Notes: a model not told the origin generated them from the sequence alone. Positions 27,027 to 35,663 are shown, numbered from the stretch's first letter. The stretch is DNA of 64,000 nucleotides from an uncultured Chloroflexia bacterium (GCA_963847375.1 CAWJZO010000001.1:1922124-1986123), one strand, 5' to 3'. Made by a program: numbers and translations.

Positions 27027-30000
27027 TCACGACGCCTCTGACGCGGGGGAGCTCCTCCTGCCCATTCCTGCTCTGCCGAAGCGCAGGTACAGGGACGGCA
27101 CCACGAACAGGTTGAGGAAGGTCGAGGTGATCAGCCCGCCGAGGATGACGATCGCCAACGGATGCTCGATCTCGTGACCGGGCCTGTCGCCGGCGATCGC
27201 GAGCGGGACCAGCGCCAGACCCGTGGCGAGGGCGGTCATGAGAATCGGGGCGAGACGCTCCCGGGCGCCTCGGATGACGAGGCCCGGCCCGAATGGCTCG
27301 CCCTCCTCACGCTCGAGGTGCTGGAAGTGGTTGATCATCATGATTCCGTTACGGGCAGCAATGCCCAGCACGGTGAAGAAACCGACCAGTGAGCCCAGCG
27401 AGATCACGCCGGTCCCGAGCCATGCGGCGAGGATTCCACCGACTAGGGCAAACGGAAGGGTGAGGAAGGAGAGGATCGCCAGCCGCGTGCTGCCGAAGGA
27501 CGTGTGCAGCAGGAGAAACACACCGATCCCGGCCACGATGGCGAACAGGAGGAGGCGGTTCTGGGCAGCCTGGCGTTCGACGTACTCGCCGAGGAGCTCT
27601 GGATGGTACTCCTGCGGCCACTCGATCGTCGCCAGAGCTGTCTCGACGTCCCGATACACGGCACCGAGATCGCGTCCCTCAACGTTCGCATCGACGTCAA
27701 TGCGGCGCGCCAGACGTTCGTGATTGATGTGCCCTGGCGTCGCGGCGACTCGCACATCGGCGACCTCGGCCAGCCGAACCTTGCTACCGTCCGCTGCGTC
27801 CATCAGCAGGTTCTCGACATCGCTGAGGCTGTTGCGGGCTTCAGGCACGCTCCACACGTGGACGTCATAGGCCTGTCCCCCGAAGAACACGTCCCCGACC
27901 TCTTCGCTCGCGACAAGTGCCGCGGCCGCGCGCCGCACGTCACCGGGCTTGATCCCGTACTGCTCGGCGGCTGCCAGGTCGACCTGGACCTGGATCTGCG
28001 GGATGTCCACCTGCTGCTCGGTGTGGAGATCGATGATTCCGGGGATCTCAGAGAACGCCTCCTCGACTTCGGTCGCCTTGTCGTGCAGGACCTGGAGGTC
28101 CGGCCCGTAGATCCGCACAACGATCGCCTCACTCGAGCCGGTCAGGACCTCACGAATGCGCTCCTTGAGATAGGTCTGGACGTCCCGTCGCAGTCCAGGG
28201 TAGCCGTCGACAACCTCCTGAACAGCAGCGTGAGTCGCGTCGTAATCGACTGACGGGTCGATGCTGATCCAGTTCTCCCCGAACTCGACGCCATACGGTT
28301 CGTCACTGAGGAACGCCTGGCCGATGTGGGAACCGCAGTTGCGGACGCCTGGGATCGATCGGAGCTCGATGCACGCGTCGATCGAGATCCGCGTCTCCTC
28401 CTCCGCCGAGGTGGCCGGCGCCGTCACCCAGTGCATCAGAAAGTCACGTTCCTTGAAGTCGGGCAGGAGCGACTGACCGAGCAACGGCCAGACCACCACG
28501 CCGAGAACGCTCACGGCGGCGACCGTGGCGAATGCCGGCCGCGCGCCGCCAACAATCCGAGTCATGAGCCTTTGGTAGGCGTCCTGCAGCCGCTGCGTGA
28601 CCGGTGAGCGGTGACGTTCGATCGGCGCGTTGCGCAACAGGATGTAGGCGAGGGCGGGCGTGACCGTCAGAGCGACGACCAGCGATGCCAGGACCGCGAG
28701 GCCATAGGCAACCGCGAGCGGGAAGAAGAACGCGCCGGAGAGCCCCTCGATGAAGAACACCGGGGTGATGGCCACGATGTCGATCAGGGTGGCGTAGACG
28801 ATGGCGCTCCGAACCTCGAGCGACGCGTCCAGGATGATCCGGGCCGTCGAGACGCCGGTCTTTTGGACGCGGTTCTGCCTGAGGCGACGCACGATGTTCT
28901 CGATGTCGATGATCGCATCGTCCACGACCACGCCGACGGAGATCACGAGTCCGGCGAGGATCATCGTGTTGATCGTCACGTCGGTCAGGTAGAGCACCAT
29001 CGCCGCGGCCATGAGCGACAGCGGTATCGCGACCAGGCTGATCAGGGCGGTTCGCCAATCGAAGAGGAACAGGATCAGGACGACGAAGACCAGCAGGCTG
29101 CCGATGAGCAGCGCCGAGGTCAGGTTCGCCAGTGCGATCTCGATGAAGCTCGCTGGGCGGAAGATCGTGGTATCGACGTCGATCCCGGCCATCCCCGGCT
29201 TCAGGTCTTCCATCGCAGCCTCGACGCCGCGGGTCACGTCGAGCGTGTTCGCCCAGGGGAACTTCTCCACGATCAGCATGATCCCGCGTCCGTCGTTGAT
29301 CACCGCCTCGCCGTGGAGCGGCTGGTGGCCGCGAACGAGCTCGGCGACCTCATCGAGGTTGACGAGGTTGCCGTCGCGACCCGAGACCTGCACGTGGGCC
29401 AAGTCCTCGGCACCCCGGATGGGTGGCGGATGGGCGATGTTCAACCGCTGGTTGGCCGTCTCGATCCAGCCCCCGGTGCCAAAGGCGTTCGCCTCCGAGA
29501 ACATCAGGATGCCCTCGTCGAGCGCCTCCGAAGTCGACTCCATGACCGTGGCGATCGAAATGCCATGCTCGGCCAGCTTCTCGGGGATGACCTGGACCTG
29601 CATCTGCTCGAGGCGCTCGCCGTAGATCATCACGTTGGCGACACCGGGCACGCCCAGGAGGCGCGCGCGGATCGTCCAGTACGACATGCTGGACAGGTCG
29701 AGCAGGTCGACGGTGTCCGAGGAGAGCCCGATCTTCATGACCCGGCTCGTGGCCGAGAGAGGCTGCATGATGAACGGCGGACTCGCCCACGTTGGCAGTG
29801 TGCCGGTGATCCCGTTGATCCGCTCCTGCACCAGCTGTCGCGCCCTCAGGAGGTCCGTGCCGGACTCGAAGATCATCTCGATCTGTGACAGCTGGGCGAC
29901 CGACTTCGAGCGCAGGATGTCCAGCCCTTCCACGCCGGCCAGGGCCTGCTCCAGCGGAACCGTCACCAGAGATTCGACCTCCGCGGCGGAAAGACCCAGC

Positions 30001-30158
30001 GTGATCGTCTGGACCTCGACCTTTGGCGGGGCGAATTCGGGGAACACGTCGACGGGCATGTTCCGAATCTGGCCGAGACCGAAGAACATCAGCACGGCCG
30101 CCGACGCGACGATGATGAAGCGGAAGCGCAGGCTGGTGGCGATGATCAGGCGAAGCAT
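27027..30158 (-). CDS. RND efflux permease, heavy-metal-efflux (CzcA/CusA)-like, distal paralog
   Basis: About 1040 aa with 12-TM RND topology. The N-terminal block VDVFPEFAPPKVEVQTITLGLSAAEVESLVTVPLEQAL...GTDLLRARQLVQERI resembles CzcA/CusA. ATG 30158 (MLRLIIATSLRF) is preferred over TTG 30170. Confidence 0.85.
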   Translation of the reverse strand: MLRLIIATSLRFRFIIVASAAVLMFFGLGQIRNMPVDVFPEFAPPKVEVQTITLGLSAAEVESLVTVPLEQALAGVEGLDILRSKSVAQLSQIEMIFESGTDLLRARQLVQERINGITGTLPTWASPPFIMQPLSATSRVMKIGLSSDTVDLLDLSSMSYWTIRARLLGVPGVANVMIYGERLEQMQVQVIPEKLAEHGISIATVMESTSEALDEGILMFSEANAFGTGGWIETANQRLNIAHPPPIRGAEDLAHVQVSGRDGNLVNLDEVAELVRGHQPLHGEAVINDGRGIMLIVEKFPWANTLDVTRGVEAAMEDLKPGMAGIDVDTTIFRPASFIEIALANLTSALLIGSLLVFVVLILFLFDWRTALISLVAIPLSLMAAAMVLYLTDVTINTMILAGLVISVGVVVDDAIIDIENIVRRLRQNRVQKTGVSTARIILDASLEVRSAIVYATLIDIVAITPVFFIEGLSGAFFFPLAVAYGLAVLASLVVALTVTPALAYILLRNAPIERHRSPVTQRLQDAYQRLMTRIVGGARPAFATVAAVSVLGVVVWPLLGQSLLPDFKERDFLMHWVTAPATSAEEETRISIDACIELRSIPGVRNCGSHIGQAFLSDEPYGVEFGENWISIDPSVDYDATHAAVQEVVDGYPGLRRDVQTYLKERIREVLTGSSEAIVVRIYGPDLQVLHDKATEVEEAFSEIPGIIDLHTEQQVDIPQIQVQVDLAAAEQYGIKPGDVRRAAAALVASEEVGDVFFGGQAYDVHVWSVPEARNSLSDVENLLMDAADGSKVRLAEVADVRVAATPGHINHERLARRIDVDANVEGRDLGAVYRDVETALATIEWPQEYHPELLGEYVERQAAQNRLLLFAIVAGIGVFLLLHTSFGSTRLAILSFLTLPFALVGGILAAWLGTGVISLGSLVGFFTVLGIAARNGIMMINHFQHLEREEGEPFGPGLVIRGARERLAPILMTALATGLALVPLAIAGDRPGHEIEHPLAIVILGGLITSTFLNLFVVPSLYLRFGRAGMGRRSSPASEAS

Positions 30159-30192
30159 CGTCGTTGGCAATCGCTTTCGTTTCAGCTGCTGG

Positions 30193-30621
30193 TCAGTGGC
30201 CGCCGCCGACGCCGGTCTCGGCGCCGTAGAGCTCGGCCGCTCCCACGATCACGACCGGAGTACCGGCAGGAGGTCCATCGGTGATGATGGCCTCGTCACC
30301 GCTGATCGACTCCACGACGATCGACTCGCGCTCGAAGCTGAGTGGCTCGATCGCCACGTAGGCCCACGTCGCACCCGACGCGTCGTAGATCACCGATGCG
30401 TACGGGACCACCGTCTGCGCGCCGGAATCCTCGACGTCAGCCGTCTCTATGCCGAGCCGCTCGGCTGCGTTGGGCGAGAGCGTCAACGTCTTGAGGCCCG
30501 ACTCGAGCTCCTCGATGTGAATGGCCTCTTCGGAAGGCGGCTCCGCCGGGTCGCTGCACCCCGCCACCATGATCCCGGTGACAAGGGCGCCGATGAGTAC
30601 CCACGTGCGGTTGCGCTTCAT
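30193..30621 (-). CDS. small lipoprotein, possible minimal RND adaptor
   Basis: 142 aa with signal peptide and lipobox MKRNRTWVLIGALVTGIMVAGC. The mature part has adaptor-like end segments (LTLSPNAAERLGIETADV; ...ISGDEAIITDGPPAGTPVVIVGAAELYGAE) but no coiled-coil or lipoyl region. Confidence 0.6.
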   Translation of the reverse strand: MKRNRTWVLIGALVTGIMVAGCSDPAEPPSEEAIHIEELESGLKTLTLSPNAAERLGIETADVEDSGAQTVVPYASVIYDASGATWAYVAIEPLSFERESIVVESISGDEAIITDGPPAGTPVVIVGAAELYGAETGVGGGH

Positions 30622-30634
30622 CTCTCAAACCTTC

Positions 30635-33600
30635 CTATGCCATCGTCGGCTCGAGGGCCGAATGCTCATCCAACAGGGCCTCCGTTTCGGCTTGCGGGCT
30701 CGGACCGGAGCGCATGTACAAATCGGGAATGACGAATAGCGTCCACAAGGTCGAGGTGATCAGCCCGCCGAGGACGAAGATCGCCATCGGCCGCACGACC
30801 TCGAGGCCCGGGATGTCCCCGAGGACAACGAACGGGAGCAGACCGACCGCGGTCGCGAGCGCGGATGTCAGCGTTGGCCCCAGGCGATCGTTGGCGCCCG
30901 CCAGGACGAGCTGCGGACCCACGCCGTGCTGTCCGGTGCGCTCCAAACGCTGGAGGTGATCGATGAGTGAGATGCCGGTGCGGAAGCTGATCGCGAGCAC
31001 CGCGAACAAACCGGCCAGCGTTCCGATCGAGACCAGTTCGCCTCCGGCAAGCCCCGCCAATATGCCGCCAACGAGCGCCGCCGGGAGCGTGACGAACACG
31101 GCTGCCGCAAGACGCCAGCTGGCAACGACCGCCTGAAGGACGAGGAACGCCATGACCGCCACGCCTGCCAGCACCGCCAACAGGGTGAGCTGGGCAGCCT
31201 GTCGATCTGCCGCCTCGCTGAACACCTCCGCGTGGTACTCCAGCGGGAACTCGATCGCGCCGACCGCCGCGTCCATGTCTCGAAGCACGGATCCGAGGTC
31301 GCGACCGCTGACGTTCACGCCGACCTCCATGATCCGGCGGACCCCCTCGCGGGTGATGACGCTGGGTGTGGGTGCGATTCGCACGTCCGCAACCTCGTCC
31401 AGTCGGACCAGCTCTCCGCCGGGCGTTTCGATCATGAGGTTCTCGACGCTGGAGATGCTGTTTCGCAGCTCCGGCTTGCCCCAGACCACGACTTCGAACA
31501 CCTTCTGCTCTTCGAAGAGCAGGCCGACCTCGATGCCAGAAAGCAGCGTGGTCGCAGCCCGCCGGACGTCTCCGGCCCTGAGCCCGAGCGCATCGGCCGC
31601 CTCGAGGTCAACCACCACCTCGAGCGCCGCCTCCTCGACGGGGCCGAGGACCGAGGCATCGACGACGCCGCTGACGCTCGCCACTGCTCCGCGGACCTCC
31701 TCGGCCCGATCACGGAGGACCGACAGCTCATGACCGTAGATGCGAACGACCGCGTCGTGCTCGCTACCCGACAGCACCTCGTTGATGCGCTCCTGCGGGT
31801 AGGTCACGATCGCCTTCCCCAGACCGGGATAGCCATCGACGGTGTTCCTGATGGCGGCAATCGTCCGGTCGTAGTCGGCGGAGGCGTCGACCTTGAGCCA
31901 GATCTCGCCCGAGTTCACGTCGGTGATCGCGTCGGAGAGGATGGCTCGTCCGACGTGACCGTCCACGTTCTGGACGCCGGGGATGGTTCGCAGTTCGCCC
32001 GTGGCGCGGGCGACGATGCGGGCCATTTCGGGCCTTGACGTGCCCGGGCCACCGTCCCAATGGATCAACAGGTCCTGGGTCTTGAAGGATGGCGGGGCAG
32101 AGGCAAAGCCGGCGCTCGGCACGATGAGCGCGCCGATGAGGACGGCCACGCCCACGATTGCGACTCCGCCAGTGAGCAGGCCGGGTCGGCTGCGGCGCAG
32201 AAGCGGGCTCAGGGCGGCTGCATAGCGACCGCGGACTCGACTGATGAACGGCGACTCACGTCGCTCCGCGGAGCGGCGCGACAGGAGCAGGACAGCCAGC
32301 GCAGGTGCGACGGTGATTGCCACCACCAATGAAGCGAGGACTGCCACGCCGTAGGCAATGGCAAGGGGCGGCAGGAATGCGCTCACCGCGCCGCCGACGA
32401 AGAAGACCGGGACGAGGCCCAGCAAGATGATCAGGGTGGCGTAGATGGCCGGGCGGCGCCCCTCGAGGATGGCCTCCGTGACGAGCTCGGAAGGGGTCCG
32501 CTCCTTGTCGCCCTCGCGGGACCTGCGGAGCCGGTCGAGGACTCTGTCGACGCTGGCCGCGGCGTCATCGACGATGACGACGATGGCCACGATCAAGCCA
32601 GCCAGAACCATCACGTTCAGCGAAGCACCGGCGTAGACCAGGACGAGCCCGGCAACGGTGAGGGAGAGCGGGATCGTGACCAGGCTGATCAGCGCGGCTC
32701 GCCAGTCAAAGAGCAGGGCCCCGAGGACAAGGGCGATGAGAAGGAAGCCGATCAGAAGAGCCAGCGAGACGTTACCGACCGACGCCTCGATGAAGGTGGC
32801 GGGTCGGAACACCCCCGTGTCGATCTCGATGCCGCTCAGGCCTGGCAGCATCGCCTCGACCGCCTCGTCGATGCTTCGCGTCACGTCGATGGTATCGGCG
32901 CCGGGGAATTTCTCGATCACAAGCAGCAGGCCCTGCCCATCGCCGACGACCGCGTCGCCGATGAGCGGCTGGTGGTCCTCCACCACGGTTGCGACGTCGC
33001 CAAGGTGGAGCGTCCGGTCGCTGTCCTCGGTTTCCACCACGACGCGCGCCAGATCCTCCGCGGATCCGATGGGCAGCACGTGCTGGATGCCCAAGCGCTG
33101 ATTCGGGGTATCGATGAATCCACCTGTACCGGGCGTGGATGCCTCGAGAAATGTCAGTGGCGAGACCCACACGGAATTGCCGGTCGTGCTGATCACTTCG
33201 CCCAAGGAGACGCCCTGCTCCTGAAGCTCAGTCGGGTCGACGAGCACCTGGAGCTGGCGGTTGCGCTCGCCCCAGATCGACACGTTTGCCACGCCCGGAA
33301 CGCCCATGAGTCGGGGGCGGATCGTCCAGCGTGCGAGGACCGACATGTCGATCAACGACAGGTCACTCGAACGCATGCTGACCATCATCACCCGGTTCTC
33401 GGTTGACAGGGGCTGGAGCATCGCCGGGGCCTTCGACACGTTGGGCAGCGCATGCGCCTGGGTGAGCCGCTCGGCCACGACCTGCCGAGCCTGGAAGATG
33501 TCGGTGCCGGGCTCGAAGGTCATCACGATCGACGACAGCCCGGTGATCGACTCAGATCGGATTTCCTCGAGGAATGCGACGCCGTTGAGGAGGTCGGCTT

Positions 33601-33808
33601 CCAGCGGGACCGTGACAAGCTCTTCGACCTCCTCGGCCGATAGGCCGAGCGCCTCGGTCTGAACCTCGACGTACGGCGGGTTGAATTCGGGCAGGATGTC
33701 CACCCGCGCGTTCGGAATCTGAGTCGCGCCAAGGACCATCAGCCCCGCCGCGATCCCGAGGACGAGGAGCCGGAACCTCACACTGGATACGACGATCCCG
33801 CGCATCAT
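30635..33808 (-). CDS. RND efflux permease, heavy-metal-efflux (CzcA/CusA)-like, proximal paralog
   Basis: 1057 aa: MMRGIVVSSVRFRLLVLG...VDILPEFNPPYVEVQTEALGLSAEEVEELVTVPLE...GTDIFQARQVVAERL. Clearly paralogous to 27027..30158. Confidence 0.85.
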   Translation of the reverse strand: MMRGIVVSSVRFRLLVLGIAAGLMVLGATQIPNARVDILPEFNPPYVEVQTEALGLSAEEVEELVTVPLEADLLNGVAFLEEIRSESITGLSSIVMTFEPGTDIFQARQVVAERLTQAHALPNVSKAPAMLQPLSTENRVMMVSMRSSDLSLIDMSVLARWTIRPRLMGVPGVANVSIWGERNRQLQVLVDPTELQEQGVSLGEVISTTGNSVWVSPLTFLEASTPGTGGFIDTPNQRLGIQHVLPIGSAEDLARVVVETEDSDRTLHLGDVATVVEDHQPLIGDAVVGDGQGLLLVIEKFPGADTIDVTRSIDEAVEAMLPGLSGIEIDTGVFRPATFIEASVGNVSLALLIGFLLIALVLGALLFDWRAALISLVTIPLSLTVAGLVLVYAGASLNVMVLAGLIVAIVVIVDDAAASVDRVLDRLRRSREGDKERTPSELVTEAILEGRRPAIYATLIILLGLVPVFFVGGAVSAFLPPLAIAYGVAVLASLVVAITVAPALAVLLLSRRSAERRESPFISRVRGRYAAALSPLLRRSRPGLLTGGVAIVGVAVLIGALIVPSAGFASAPPSFKTQDLLIHWDGGPGTSRPEMARIVARATGELRTIPGVQNVDGHVGRAILSDAITDVNSGEIWLKVDASADYDRTIAAIRNTVDGYPGLGKAIVTYPQERINEVLSGSEHDAVVRIYGHELSVLRDRAEEVRGAVASVSGVVDASVLGPVEEAALEVVVDLEAADALGLRAGDVRRAATTLLSGIEVGLLFEEQKVFEVVVWGKPELRNSISSVENLMIETPGGELVRLDEVADVRIAPTPSVITREGVRRIMEVGVNVSGRDLGSVLRDMDAAVGAIEFPLEYHAEVFSEAADRQAAQLTLLAVLAGVAVMAFLVLQAVVASWRLAAAVFVTLPAALVGGILAGLAGGELVSIGTLAGLFAVLAISFRTGISLIDHLQRLERTGQHGVGPQLVLAGANDRLGPTLTSALATAVGLLPFVVLGDIPGLEVVRPMAIFVLGGLITSTLWTLFVIPDLYMRSGPSPQAETEALLDEHSALEPTMA

Positions 33809-33844
33809 GATGCAGGCGCCTCTGCGCTCTGACGCCGTCCGGAT

Positions 33845-34303
33845 CTAGTTGTCATCCTCAGACTCCTCCGGGTCGTCCTCGTCCTCACCTACGTCGTCAA
33901 CGTCGGCTTCACCGTCGTCAACTACGTCGTCAGCGTCGGCTTCATCGTCCTCGTCGATCCCATCCTCATCGTCGCCAATGTCGTCCAAGTCACCGTCGAT
34001 CTCGCCATCCGTGATGGGGGTGGGAATGACGCCCGCGACCGTCTGGTCCCGCTCGAGTCGTTGCGCGTCAATCTCCCCGAAAACCGCAGGCGCCAGGATC
34101 AGGACGGCGGCAACCGATGCGATTGCGGTGAGGCGGGCGAGGATCGGTCGGGAACGTTCCACCCCATCGGTGGCTGGGACGCCTCGCCGCTCCTGCTGGG
34201 GGCGCGTCGACTGTCTGATGCGTTGGAGCAGACCCGGATTCGGCCTGCCCACCGCCCGCAACCGAAAGGCGGCCCGGAGATCCTCATCGGTAAACCGCGA
34301 CAT
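33845..34303 (-). CDS. single-pass membrane protein with a poly-acidic C-terminal ectodomain (candidate anti-sigma/sensor)
   Basis: ATG 34303 with a GGAGA Shine-Dalgarno 11 nt upstream. The N-terminus MSRFTDEDLRAAFRLRAVGRPNPGLLQRIRQST resembles the N-terminus of 47051..48103. One TM helix (LTAIASVAAVLILAPAVF) is followed by a D/E-rich tail DGEIDGDLDDIGDDEDGIDEDDEADADDVVDDGEADVDDVGEDEDDPEESEDDN. Confidence 0.6.
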   Translation of the reverse strand: MSRFTDEDLRAAFRLRAVGRPNPGLLQRIRQSTRPQQERRGVPATDGVERSRPILARLTAIASVAAVLILAPAVFGEIDAQRLERDQTVAGVIPTPITDGEIDGDLDDIGDDEDGIDEDDEADADDVVDDGEADVDDVGEDEDDPEESEDDN

Positions 34304-34409
34304 GTCGCTGTTCGTCTCCAACTCACGATCCAAAAGGTGCAGGCCAGCGCGACCTGCTGCTTAATAGATGCAGAAGCCAATCGGTTGGTTTGCCGGACGG
34401 CCAAACGAG

Positions 34410-35174
34410 CTACGCAGAGTCCCCACTCAGCGGCACTGGCGCCTCAGCCGGGCGCAGCCGTTCACGATCCTGCGGGGCGAAGGCCGAGGCACGACCGTCG
34501 CCGGCTGCCATCGCCGTTCTGAGAGCTGTCCGCGCCCGGAACAGTCGCCACTTCGCGGTGCCTGATGGGATCCCGAGGATCATCGCGACACTGGACATGG
34601 GCCGATCTTCCAGGTAATAGAGCGCGAGGATCGCTCGTTGCTGAAGCGGAAGCCCATCGATGGCCCGGTTCAGGGCATCACTGTCGATGACTCCGCTGGT
34701 CCAGGGATCATCAGCCTCTGCGGATTGGCGAGGGGTGACCGACTCGAGCGAGACGACGATGGGTCGCGGCCGCCGGCGCATGCTCATCCGGCACGCATTG
34801 ACGACGATCCGCCCGAACCATGCATCGAAGCGCTCGGGTTCGCGCAGGGAATGCAGGCCGCGCCAAGCGGCGATGAAGGCCTCCTGGGTGGCATCCTCTG
34901 CCTCTTCCGTGCTGCCCAGTATCGCGCGCGCAAGGCGGAACGTTGGCAGGAGTCGAAGTGCGACCAGGGCGTCGAACGCCTCTGCATCGCCGGATCTGGC
35001 TCGCTCGACGAGGCGGATCTCACCGCGCGCAACCGGCGTGACTGGCGACGGCCCTGTTGCCGGCACGGGTCCGACACCTTTCGTCGCCCGGGAGTGCTTG
35101 CGCCCCTGTGCCGCCCCCAGACCCTGATTCGTGCGCAGCTTGGAACAAGCGTCGCGCAGTGCATCCCTTGGCAT
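34410..35174 (-). CDS. ECF (group 4) RNA polymerase sigma factor
   Basis: Region 2 reads LVERARSGDAEAFDALV...DATQEAFIAAWRGL...FDAWFGRIVVNACR. Region 4 reads LPLQQRAILALYYLEDRPMSSVAMILGIPSGTAKWRLFRAR. The start is uncertain (ATG 35174 or GTG 35066). The track ORF extension to 35546 crosses two tRNA genes. Confidence 0.8.
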   Translation of the reverse strand: MPRDALRDACSKLRTNQGLGAAQGRKHSRATKGVGPVPATGPSPVTPVARGEIRLVERARSGDAEAFDALVALRLLPTFRLARAILGSTEEAEDATQEAFIAAWRGLHSLREPERFDAWFGRIVVNACRMSMRRRPRPIVVSLESVTPRQSAEADDPWTSGVIDSDALNRAIDGLPLQQRAILALYYLEDRPMSSVAMILGIPSGTAKWRLFRARTALRTAMAAGDGRASAFAPQDRERLRPAEAPVPLSGDSA

Positions 35175-35374
35175 TCGCTCGGGCCCCCCGTCTCCTCTCA
35201 GATCACGCGCTGGCTTCGCTTGCCACTCGCGCGAACCGGTCTGCATCCTCCGTAGGCCGAAAGTACCTCCCCCGCAGCACAATGACAATCCCATCTGTTG
35301 ACTGAACGCATCACTCAATGCGCGACGAGTTACGCGACGCTCGGCGGATCGCGGCACCACGGCGGATTGCACGA

Positions 35375-35400
35375 CGCCGCTCGCGTCATCGCGAGCGGCG
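35375..35400 (-). terminator. 11-bp GC hairpin downstream of the tRNA-Leu pair (no U-tract)
   Basis: CGCCGCUCGCG-augA-CGCGAGCGGCG on the minus strand, 22 nt after the tRNA-Leu(GAG) 3' end. Function as a terminator is not proven. Confidence 0.35.
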
Positions 35401-35421
35401 CATCGGTCAAGCGAAGTGAAG

Positions 35422-35506
35422 TGGTGCCCAGGCCGGGACTTGAACCCGGATGGGTTTCCCCATACGCCCCTCAAACGTACGCGTATACCAATTCCGCCAC
35501 CTGGGC
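35422..35506 (-). tRNA. tRNA-Leu (anticodon GAG), type II, CCA encoded
   Basis: GCCCAGG/CCUGGGC acceptor, anticodon stem UACGU/GCGUA with loop UUGAGGG, long variable arm and T-arm CCGGG-UUCAAGU-CCCGG. Confidence 0.9.
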
Positions 35507-35516
35507 CCCGAAGGGT

Positions 35517-35605
35517 TGGTACCGAGGGAGGGACTTGAACCCACACGACCCTTAAGGATCACTAGGTCCTGAACCTAGCGCGTCTGCCTATTCCGCCACC
35601 TCGGC
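35517..35605 (-). tRNA. tRNA-Leu (anticodon CAG), type II, CCA encoded
   Basis: GCCGAGG acceptor (G1-U72), anticodon stem CUAGG/CCUAG with loop UUCAGGA, long variable arm and T-loop GGUUCAAGUCC. Confidence 0.88.
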
Positions 35606-35663
35606 ACATACGCACCCGGAACGAGTCCCGAGTGCGTGTCCGGATTCTAGCATGGGGCCTGGT

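Noticed and set aside
25854-35421. tRNA-flanked genomic island with att repeats or an integrase
   Set aside because: No integrase, recombinase or transposase ORF is present. By eye I found no direct repeat of the 3' ends of tRNA-Val or tRNA-Leu at the opposite border. Only the compositional signal is reported as a finding.
35175-35546. N-terminal extension of the ECF sigma ORF
   Set aside because: The extension overlaps tRNA-Leu(GAG), part of tRNA-Leu(CAG) and an 11-bp hairpin. Sigma region 2 only begins near 35010.
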